From: a bacterium
GTDB lineage: Bacteria; Zhuqueibacterota; Zhuqueibacteria; Residuimicrobiales; Residuimicrobiaceae
DNA length: 64,000 bases
Direction of reading: 5' to 3'
Assembly: GCA_029565685.1 (NCBI GenBank)
Contig: JAKQNR010000011.1
Span: forward strand, 81,962 to 145,961
This document shows positions 19,095 through 26,850 of the stretch, in pieces. How positions within the stretch are numbered: position 1 is the first letter of the stretch; each line of letters starts with the position of its first letter. A program made the translations under genes and the position numbers. The notes below the pieces were generated by a model that searched no databases, was not told the origin of the DNA, and was given only the letters and a program-made list of their open reading frames with translations.

Positions 19095-19353
19095 CGAGTC
19101 TGCGGTTCAGAAATGAAGAATTGCTCATCCTACCAAAGGCGGAAATAATATGAAAATTTTCCTAGTGCACAAACCACCGCCTTTCGCGATGGTGCTTGAC
19201 TTGACGCGCCGGTAATTCCTATCGCCGCCAAACGGCGCAGGAATGGCCGAAATCCTTAGGTCCCCCCGCCTGCAGGCCTTTTCCGCCGGTTTCGGGATTA
19301 AATTCGTAGGCACTTATTCCGTATTTACCAGGAACAGTTTTGAAAGGAAATCG

Positions 19354-19692
19354 ATGATTGCCAAAGTAGAGATTAGTGCGGGTGTTTGCGGTTTTAGCAC
19401 AACCGCCAGGGTTGAGAGCGACGATGACCAGTTGGTCGCTTTTCGCATTAAAAGCGATTGCGAAAAAATCAACGCTCTGGCGGCCAGGATCGCTGATTCC
19501 GGGGCTCTCGACGCCTATGCGGAGATTTCCGCACGGGATCAAAGCCGTTTGCTCGCCCTGGCTCAGGAACAATTGTCCGGCTGTTGCGCCGCCTGCGCCG
19601 TACCCATAGGACTGTTCAAAGCCATGCAGGTGGCAGCCGGTCTGGCCTTGCCCAGAGAGGTGGTCATCCGGCTGGAAAAAGAACAGGCGTGA
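19354..19692 (+). CDS. Hypothetical small Cys-rich protein
   Basis: The ATG at 19354 follows AAAGGAAA. The 112-aa product contains CGFS...C...GCCAACAV. No family was recognised. Confidence 0.3.
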   Translation: MIAKVEISAGVCGFSTTARVESDDDQLVAFRIKSDCEKINALAARIADSGALDAYAEISARDQSRLLALAQEQLSGCCAACAVPIGLFKAMQVAAGLALPREVVIRLEKEQA

Positions 19693-19740
19693 GCCTGCTT
19701 TTGCAATATAAAAATCCCATTGAAAAAAGGAGCACGCGCG

Positions 19741-20073
19741 ATGACTTTACTTTATCTGAATTCCGACCAGATGGGCAGCGGCGATCCCGTGCTGGGTAAA
19801 AAACTGCTGAAAATTTTTTTGGAAAAACTGGCAGCCTCCGACGTTCAGGTGGATCTGGTGGGGTGTGTGAATTCGGGGATTTACCTGACCTCTGAGGGCA
19901 GCGAGGTGTTGGCCAGCCTGAAAAAGCTGGAGGAGAAAGGGGCGCGCATCGCCACCTGCGGCACCTGTCTGGATCATCTTCATCTCAGGGAAAAACTGCA
20001 GATCGGCGAGATCGGCGCCATGGACCAGACGGTGCAGGTCATGGCCATGGCGGACAGGATTATCAGGCCCTGA
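19741..20073 (+). CDS. DsrE/DsrF-like family protein
   Basis: The ATG at 19741 has a perfect AAAGGAG RBS. The 110-aa product has VDLVGCVNSG and ATCGTCLDHL, resembling the DsrE/YchN fold (VCGTSLEARG-type motif). Confidence 0.45.
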   Translation: MTLLYLNSDQMGSGDPVLGKKLLKIFLEKLAASDVQVDLVGCVNSGIYLTSEGSEVLASLKKLEEKGARIATCGTCLDHLHLREKLQIGEIGAMDQTVQVMAMADRIIRP

Positions 20074-20157
20074 TGCGAATCCTCTTGTGTCTGCCGTGAA
20101 TCAGGCTTTGCCGGTTTTGGAGTGAAAATCCCGGCTGTTCAGCAGTGTCCTGATCCA

Positions 20158-23013
20158 TTATAATTCCAGAGCCATGATAAATTCCGGCTGCCATTTTTTT
20201 TCGCCCGGCAGATAGGCAAAACGCACGCCCAGCGGCAGTTCCACTGGAAGAGATAGCAGGTGCATATAGGCTGTCAGCTCGATGCCGGCGGCGCGGTAAC
20301 GTATTTTCTTTTCATCGGTCCGCGCCCGCGCATCGTCGTAGAAAAGAGCGGCGGTCAGCTTTTTGACATAGATCAGGCCCAATCCGTTCCAGTCCGGAAA
20401 AGCGAGCGGCAGGGCGTAATCGGCAGACCAGCGGTAAAAGAAATCGTGATAGCGATCGCTATATCCGCGGCACATACGGGACTGGTTTTCAAACCGGTAA
20501 TTTTCCGCTTTTTGTTTCTCAGCCGCCAGCTGCCAGCGCCAGCCGTGCAGACGGTGAAAGCCGGGAAAATAGAGATTCAGCCGCACGGCCGCCAGCTGGG
20601 CGCGATAATCGCTGTGAAAGGGAACGTGGCGATAGAGCACGCGGACGGACTGGCCGAAGCGGGGATAGACCTCATTGATCCATTGGCAGGTGCGGGAGAG
20701 CTGAGCGGAATAGGTGACCGGCGCAAACGCTCCGTTGTTGTGTTCATAGAGCTCTGTGAACTCTTTGTCGGAAATCTGCGCATACTCAGCCGATGCACTG
20801 AGCAGCAGATGGGTCTGATAAACCGAGCGCGTCAGATTCAGCGGCAGGCGCAGTCCCAGAGATAGGCCCTTTTCTTTCCAAGAGTAGAGCTGTGGCCGGT
20901 CCTGAGCATTCCTATAGCTGGAAGTGCGGCCGCCAAACCGTGCGCCGAGATCCACGATGGGGTACCATCCGGCATAGCTGAGCAGGGCGGCGCCGGCATG
21001 GGTTCCTTCGTTCTGATTGTGGGCATAACCTAGTGTCCAGCCCATGGTTCCCAAAAGATTTCGCGACACAAGCTGCGCTGTGATGGTCTCATATGAGTCT
21101 GCAGCGATGGGCAATATCCAACTGTGCGGGCGGATCGCATCTTTCAGTGATCGATATGCTTCTATTTTAAAAGTCGTGTCGTGCAGGGTCGTGCAAAAGT
21201 CCCCACCCGCTTCCTGCAGGACCAGAGGTTCATGATAGTCGAACCGCTGGGGCAAGATTTCACTCCATGCCTTCCACCGCGTCGAGTCCAGTTCCATCTC
21301 TGCGACCTGATATCCTTTTAGATCATAGTCGTTGAAATAGAGCGTTCGGCCGTCCCGAGAGACAGAGGGATTGAAGGCGCCGAATTTTCTTGAAGTAACC
21401 TGCCAGATCTTTTTGCTCCGGCGATGGATTGCATAGATGTTGTCGATGCCGGAATAGTCCCAGTTGAACAGCACATAGTCCTTGTAAAAAGTCGGCAGAC
21501 CGGTGTTCTCTTCTCCGCTGGCTATAAGCTCCTGCCACTGGCCGGTTTCCAAATCGATGAGATCGAGGCTGCGGCCGGTTTGTGTCAGCACGTTCAGCGC
21601 AATCCACCGATTGTCCGCGGACCAGGCCGGAGTCATAAGAAAGGCGTTCTGTGGATGGGACCATCGCCGAATCTCTGCGCCTGTCTCGGCATCCAGGATC
21701 ACCAAATGACACCGGTTCGCCGCTGTGTATTCCACCGCTGCGATGCGCCGGCCGTCTGTGGACAGCGCCGGCGCCATATATTTGCTCTTGTCCGTCAGCC
21801 GCTTTGTCCGGCCGCTGGCGAGGTCATACACTTTAATGGAGGAATAGTCCAAGTACCCCCAGCGCGGATGGGGCCTTTGTTCGGTCCAGACAATCTTGTC
21901 CGCTGCCACGGAAGGGGGATATAGAAAGGGGCTGGCCGGCAAGTGTAAAATTTTTTCATCCCCGTCGAGCGACAGCTGCGTGAGACTGAAGCGATCCGCC
22001 AGACCGTATTTGAGCACCAGGATAGAGCTGTCGGACAGGGGTTTGGGAAACAGATAGTGAGTGAGAAAGCGATCGGAATGATTGATCTGTTTGGCCGCGG
22101 TCAATTCGACATTGGCCAGCTGTTCCTGCCATAACGTTTTCACCTCTTCCATCGTCGCGTTGTAAAGGCCTGTTGCGGTGAGCCCGGTTTTACGTCGCAG
22201 GGACCAGGGGAAACGGTAGGGCAGGAGGGAGAGCGCCATGGTGCTAGCGATGACGTCCGACCAGATGACGGCGCCTTTTTCCCGGCGCAGGCGAGAGACC
22301 AGCAAATAACCGAATGCATACGGATCCGCGGACCAGTCCGAATATGAACCGAAGGTCATCTTGTAATAGGAATGGCGCTTGCCGGAGAGCAGCATGGCGC
22401 GGATGGGCATGGTGAATTCCGGCATGCGGCCGCGTCCTCCACGAGTCAGGGCGGTTTCCATGACCACTGCGTCGCCCTCGAACAGCCAGGCCGGCAGGTT
22501 CATCATCGCGCCCACGGCGTGGCCGAAATCGCCAAAGGAGAAATAGAGCCATTTAGTCATGCCGCGCAACGCCCGGTCAAACTGCACCACATGGCGGTAT
22601 TCGTGGATCGCCAAAAGATGATACCAGGGAACGCAGCCGATCAAGCCCACCTGCGGAGGCGTGTTGAACCATTCGCTCTGCCGCGGCGCCAAGCCCACGA
22701 ATCCGTTGGCTTCGGTGTTCTGGTTATGCAACACCAGCGAGATTTTGCGCGGCCGTGTTTGCAGCGAACGGCCGTCCGCTTCATACAGATGCTCCAGCAG
22801 GTTGGCGACCTGCTGCGCGTCCCTGCTGATCTCCTCCGGGAACACGATTCTGAAATGGGCTGCGTCGATCTGTTTCCAGGCCAATCCCGGCGGATTTTGC
22901 ATGGATTCCAGGCTGAGGCTGATCTGCCCCGAACAGCTCCAGGCGCTGATCAGCAGCGCGACGAGAATGCGAAGGAGGTGATTCCCCATAGTCCGTCCTA
23001 GTAATAATACCAT
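20158..23013 (-). CDS. Secreted multidomain protein with an HExxH zinc-metallopeptidase-like motif and a TolB-type PD40 beta-propeller region
   Basis: A signal peptide MGNHLLRILVALLISAWSCSGQ is present. The motif AIHEYRHVVQFD occurs near residue 140. PD40-like repeats follow (LSTDGRRIAAVEY, WSADNRWIALNV, PSVSRDGRTLYF). The Tyr/Trp-rich C-terminal third is not assigned to a fold. Confidence 0.4.
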   Translation of the reverse strand: MVLLLGRTMGNHLLRILVALLISAWSCSGQISLSLESMQNPPGLAWKQIDAAHFRIVFPEEISRDAQQVANLLEHLYEADGRSLQTRPRKISLVLHNQNTEANGFVGLAPRQSEWFNTPPQVGLIGCVPWYHLLAIHEYRHVVQFDRALRGMTKWLYFSFGDFGHAVGAMMNLPAWLFEGDAVVMETALTRGGRGRMPEFTMPIRAMLLSGKRHSYYKMTFGSYSDWSADPYAFGYLLVSRLRREKGAVIWSDVIASTMALSLLPYRFPWSLRRKTGLTATGLYNATMEEVKTLWQEQLANVELTAAKQINHSDRFLTHYLFPKPLSDSSILVLKYGLADRFSLTQLSLDGDEKILHLPASPFLYPPSVAADKIVWTEQRPHPRWGYLDYSSIKVYDLASGRTKRLTDKSKYMAPALSTDGRRIAAVEYTAANRCHLVILDAETGAEIRRWSHPQNAFLMTPAWSADNRWIALNVLTQTGRSLDLIDLETGQWQELIASGEENTGLPTFYKDYVLFNWDYSGIDNIYAIHRRSKKIWQVTSRKFGAFNPSVSRDGRTLYFNDYDLKGYQVAEMELDSTRWKAWSEILPQRFDYHEPLVLQEAGGDFCTTLHDTTFKIEAYRSLKDAIRPHSWILPIAADSYETITAQLVSRNLLGTMGWTLGYAHNQNEGTHAGAALLSYAGWYPIVDLGARFGGRTSSYRNAQDRPQLYSWKEKGLSLGLRLPLNLTRSVYQTHLLLSASAEYAQISDKEFTELYEHNNGAFAPVTYSAQLSRTCQWINEVYPRFGQSVRVLYRHVPFHSDYRAQLAAVRLNLYFPGFHRLHGWRWQLAAEKQKAENYRFENQSRMCRGYSDRYHDFFYRWSADYALPLAFPDWNGLGLIYVKKLTAALFYDDARARTDEKKIRYRAAGIELTAYMHLLSLPVELPLGVRFAYLPGEKKWQPEFIMALEL

Positions 23014-24791
23014 ATGGATTGGTAATCCGCTCTTTTTTCCCCCCGTTTTTCCAGCTCTTGCAGATAATTCAGGATGGGCACATCCACATCGATGTAGGTT
23101 TGCACCAGGCTGAGATTTTTTTCCCAGGGATGAAACTCGTACACGCGGCTGCCGTTGGGCAGGACGGTCAACAGGGTGTGGTGTTGGCTGGCGCGCACAT
23201 AGTTTTTCCCCAGGCCGGGCACATTGTAGACCGGCTCATCGGTGCGCACCAGGCCGGGCAGCATGCGCGCTTCTTCTTTGACCTCCTGCTGCAGCCGCGC
23301 CATGGGCACGCGGTAATCGCGCGTCTCCTGTTTGCCTTTGGTGTTGAAGGTGTAATAAGAGTCCACGCCGATCAGGCGCAACAGCCGGCGCAGCGCCGCC
23401 AGCTCGAAGCGGCGGCTGTTCTCGATGGTGAACACCGCCTGATTGTAAACCGATAGGCCGGCGCGACGGAATTTTTGCACCGCTTCCTGTGATTCCGGCG
23501 TGATCTCGTACGAGTGCTCAAAGTGGGTGATCACTGCGATCTCACGGCGGCCGGGCTCATAAAAGGCGGCGATGCCTTTTACCAGTTCATCGGTGATCCG
23601 CTGCGGCAGCGCCACCGGTGTTCGAGAACCGATGCGGATGCGTTCTATATGGCGGATAGCGGCCACCTGTTCCAGTAGATCGAGGAAACGGCGGTCCGGC
23701 AGAACCAGCGGATCGCCGCCGGTGATCAGGACCTCCACGATGCCGGGATTGCGCTTGAGCCAGCGGATCGCCTCTTTGATTTTATCCGTTCCGGCGAGCG
23801 CGTGCGGCATCAGCGCATCCTTAATTTCCCAGTTGCGCTGGCAATACACGCAGATTTGGCTGCAGGTATTGTACGGTTTAAAGATGGCGATATGGGGATA
23901 GCGCCGGGTGATGAGATCGACGGGGGAGGTGTCCCTTTCCAGCATAAAATCCAGGCGGTCGTTCTCATCGGATCTGCGTTTGCTCATCTCTTCGACGTAA
24001 TGGGGCGGAGGAATGACCTGGCTGCGGACCGCGTGGTCCAGCCGCCGATGCGATGCACGATCCATTAGCGAGGCGTAATAGGGCGTGATGGCAAAGGGCA
24101 ATCTGTGCCGCTTGGCCTGATCGATAGCGTGTCGCTCGGATGCACTCAACTGGATAAACCGCGCCAGCGTCTCGCTGTCCCGGATCAGATGACGCAGGTG
24201 CCAGCGATAATCCTGCCAATCCGATTCCTCTGCATTCCAGGCGGCGAGCAGGCGGCGGCGGTTGGCCTTGCGACGGGCGATGATCTCTGGTTCCAGACCG
24301 TGCCGGATTCGCTTCATCTTTTGCAGAGACTTGCGCGCCATATCTTCCAAGTGGATGGACCGCGCCTGGGCCGCTTGGCGGTTTTTCAGGTGCGCGTAAG
24401 CGGGCAGGGTGACATCCTTATAGATGCCGCTTCGGCCGATCATGCCGAGCAAAATATGACGTAGGTCTTCGATAAACGCCTCATTTAAATCCGGCGCCAG
24501 TTGATCATATTTTTTATTGGCCAGCAGCCACAGCTGCCGCAAACAGCTGTACCGGGTCAGCGTTTCGCTGCGCATGGAGATGATTTCGCGAAAGGCGTAC
24601 AGCGATTCGATTTGCAGACTCCACTCCAGGCCGCGACGGCGCTCGCCGGCGTGATGCAGGATTCTGGACAGCTCTTCAATATAGGCTAGTATAAAACTTC
24701 GGGCAACCCGAGGGGATGGCGCTTCGGTCAACAGCTGAAAGATGACAGGATTGGCGTTTTTCAGGTGTGCATGCAAGGTTTGATGATTCAT
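22998..24791 (-). CDS. KamA-family (lysine 2,3-aminomutase-like) radical SAM protein, long form
   Basis: The radical-SAM cluster CSQICVYC (CxxxCxxC) lies in RRYPHIAIFKPYNTC..., matching KamA ([22 protein letters not shown]). Further blocks are collinear with KamA: SDWQDYRWHLRHL, AITPYYASLMD, GSRTPVALPQRIT and a GKNY Lys. The start is set at the ATG preceded by AAGGAGG (24791). This leaves a ~190-aa N-terminal extension not found in canonical KamA. Confidence 0.6.
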   Translation of the reverse strand: MNHQTLHAHLKNANPVIFQLLTEAPSPRVARSFILAYIEELSRILHHAGERRRGLEWSLQIESLYAFREIISMRSETLTRYSCLRQLWLLANKKYDQLAPDLNEAFIEDLRHILLGMIGRSGIYKDVTLPAYAHLKNRQAAQARSIHLEDMARKSLQKMKRIRHGLEPEIIARRKANRRRLLAAWNAEESDWQDYRWHLRHLIRDSETLARFIQLSASERHAIDQAKRHRLPFAITPYYASLMDRASHRRLDHAVRSQVIPPPHYVEEMSKRRSDENDRLDFMLERDTSPVDLITRRYPHIAIFKPYNTCSQICVYCQRNWEIKDALMPHALAGTDKIKEAIRWLKRNPGIVEVLITGGDPLVLPDRRFLDLLEQVAAIRHIERIRIGSRTPVALPQRITDELVKGIAAFYEPGRREIAVITHFEHSYEITPESQEAVQKFRRAGLSVYNQAVFTIENSRRFELAALRRLLRLIGVDSYYTFNTKGKQETRDYRVPMARLQQEVKEEARMLPGLVRTDEPVYNVPGLGKNYVRASQHHTLLTVLPNGSRVYEFHPWEKNLSLVQTYIDVDVPILNYLQELEKRGEKRADYQSIWYYY

Positions 24792-24941
24792 GCTCGCCTC
24801 CTTTCCAGGGTGAAAGGTCAACCGCACATCGGTACGATTCTCCTCTATTAACATGCCGGTTTGTTGGGAATTGAACTACAATAAGTAAAAGACGGCAAAA
24901 ATGCAAGGAATTTGCGGACGATCGAGTTGGGAATAAAAAAG

Positions 24942-25033
24942 CGGGAATGTGTGGGAATCGAACCCACCCGAGACGGAACCGCCTCACAACGGATTTGAAG
25001 TCCGCGGGCGCCACCAGGCTACCGTGCATTCCC
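24942..25033 (-). tRNA. selC: tRNA-Sec (selenocysteine tRNA, anticodon UCA)
   Basis: The minus-strand sequence is GGGAATGCACGGTAGCC...CGCGGACTTCAAATCCGTTG...GGTGGGTTCGATTCCCACACATTCCCG. Its anticodon loop CUUCAAA is identical in context to E. coli selC (GGACTTCAAATCC). The long variable arm, the T-arm GGTTCGATTCC, the ~92-nt length and the G discriminator all fit tRNA-Sec. Confidence 0.75.
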
Positions 25034-25204
25034 GATGGATTAATATACAAAACAAGGGTGCGGATGTCAAGCGGATAGTTACGTTATGAAACCGGCAGTT
25101 CTTCGGTCGAGCGTCTGCGTTTGTCCGTTTGATGAAAGGTCTGTAAAAGCAACCGCGTTGCCGTCCGACACGCCGATTCAATCGATCCGGAAACGCCGAT
25201 CCGT

Positions 25205-25546
25205 CTATTTTTCAGGGGAGCGGTAAATTCTAATCTTGACTTTTTCCACCGTAACCAGCCCTTCCTTAAGAAACCAGCTGATGAATTTCAAAAAATGTTC
25301 GATCTTGTCCATTGTATCGACGATCTCGATGACGATCGGCAGATCCTCGGATAACCGTTCTATTTTAAAAGAATGAATGGTCCGGGTCTTGGGACCAAAT
25401 CCCATGATCCCCCGCATCACCGTAGCGCCCGCCATGTCCAAATCTCGCGCCTGCATCACGATCCATTCGTACAAGGGGCGGTGCTGGTACCTGTCCAATT
25501 CGCCCATGAAAATTCGCAGCAGATATCCATCCGAAGGCGTCAGCAT
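25205..25546 (-). CDS. DUF190 protein (PII-like, CrcB-associated)
   Basis: A 113-aa protein sits immediately downstream of crcB in the same orientation. This pairing is recurrent. Confidence 0.65.
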   Translation of the reverse strand: MLTPSDGYLLRIFMGELDRYQHRPLYEWIVMQARDLDMAGATVMRGIMGFGPKTRTIHSFKIERLSEDLPIVIEIVDTMDKIEHFLKFISWFLKEGLVTVEKVKIRIYRSPEK

Positions 25547-25549
25547 ATA

Positions 25550-25933
25550 TCACCTCCACGATTTATAAGCGATCAGGCGACCCAACCACAGGGCCATCAT
25601 GCCTAGAACAATATGGAGAAGAATGTTGAGAAAGGTCATGAACGCCTCCTTATCCATAGCCAGGTGCATGCTTTCATTCATAAAGGTTGAAAAAGTGGTG
25701 AATCCCCCCAGCATGCCGATAAAAACGAACGGACGCTGGGCTCCGGGTAAAAGTCCGTAATTCTCAGAAAGATAGGACAAGAAACCCACGGCAAAACAGC
25801 CGCTGAGGTTGACGAACAAAGTCCCATAGGGAAAGGAGGCATCTCTCATGCCCTGTTGTATCAATCCGCTCAGGATATAGCGCAGGATCGTGCCGATAAA
25901 ACCACCTATGCCGATCAAAAAAATGTTATACAC
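25550..25933 (-). CDS. crcB: Fluoride ion channel CrcB/Fluc
   Basis: The motifs GTLFVNLSGCFAVGF and GFTTFSTF are hallmarks of Fluc. The protein is 127 aa with four TM helices and a GTG start. Confidence 0.85.
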   Translation of the reverse strand: MYNIFLIGIGGFIGTILRYILSGLIQQGMRDASFPYGTLFVNLSGCFAVGFLSYLSENYGLLPGAQRPFVFIGMLGGFTTFSTFMNESMHLAMDKEAFMTFLNILLHIVLGMMALWLGRLIAYKSWR

Positions 25934-25995
25934 AAGTCACCCATGATTGAAGGAAATGATGAAACGCTGTAAAAGGTTTTCCGTCTGCAGACAGG

Positions 25996-26088
25996 AATAA
26001 AAAAACTCCTGCTCATTCCACAGGGCCATGTGAAAAAGCAGGAGTTATCAGCGTAAACGCGGTTAAGGCGAACTCCATCGCCGCTACA
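25996..26088 (-). promoter_or_regulatory. Fluoride riboswitch (crcB motif RNA) with intrinsic terminator expression platform
   Basis: The minus-strand RNA is GCGGCGAUGGAGUUCGCCUUAACCGCGUUUACGCUGAUAACUCCUGC, matching the fluoride aptamer consensus (GGCGAUGGnGUUCGCC...AAACGC...GCUnAUnACUCCUnC). It is followed by the hairpin AACUCCUGCU...AGCAGGAGUU plus U7. A TATAAT box at 26098-26103 (minus strand) lies about 7 nt upstream of the aptamer. The element is ~70 nt upstream of the crcB start. Confidence 0.75.
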
Positions 26089-26246
26089 AAGTACGTAATT
26101 ATATCAAAAAAAGCAAGCGGTTCACGAGCGAATTTTCAGCTGAGAACCTTGTAACTTCCGCTTCAAGCGATGTTCTCTGCCGGTCCATTTGATGGCGTTG
26201 AGGAGGCGATGCGGGATTTGAAAGGATGGATGGAAACAAAAAAGTC

Positions 26247-26275
26247 TTGACTTTTTTGTTTCCAGTCTCTATATT
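26247..26275 (+). promoter_or_regulatory. Consensus sigma-70-like promoter (TTGACT-N17-TATATT) ahead of the BNR/T9SS gene
   Basis: TTGACT at 26247-52, a 17-nt spacer and TATATT at 26270-75. It would give a ~570-nt leader to the ATG at 26851. Confidence 0.4.
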
Positions 26276-26850
26276 AAAACAAGGGTATTCTGTAGCAGCG
26301 CTTCCGCGCTCGGGTTGACACCAGCCCGCTTCAGAGGATCCTATTTTCCCCCCACGCCGTGCTTGGCAACAGTGAGGTCAGACGCAGCTCCATTTTTCAT
26401 TTTTTATCAAGAGAAACCAGCCGCTTGGTTTTTGAGCGACTAGTGTGCAGTTGCAGTATTTTTGTTTGACAAGAACGCACCGTTTTTTTTCAAACAGTGG
26501 CACAGATCGCCCATGAGGGCATCGTATGTCCATTTTTGAAGGGGGATCAGTGCGTTTTCTTGGAACTGACCGGCGACTCGGCAAAGTCTTTGAACCGGCA
26601 GTTCGGCTAGTTCATGCCTTGTCCATCATGGTCAGTGGCTGTTTTTATTTCAATGGACCGAAACGCCTCATTTTTACGGCGCGGTTCTATTGTTTCCTGG
26701 GGTGACACAATGAGTCCGATAGACCTCCTGTCCCGGTTGACAGCTGGGCGCAGGATCTTCCATGAATTTTGTTCAACCTTTTCCATGTTCTTTTTGCATC
26801 CGGCCGCGGTTGAGCCGGCCACTGTGAGGAATTGCAGGAGAGACATTGCT

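Noticed and set aside
19690-19743. TGA (19690-92) as selenocysteine codon joining ORFs 19354 and 19741
   Set aside because: The downstream gene has its own perfect AAAGGAG RBS and ATG. The intervening translated peptide (ACFCNIKIPLKKGAR) is unconvincing and no SECIS-like hairpin is obvious. It is kept only as a low-priority check.
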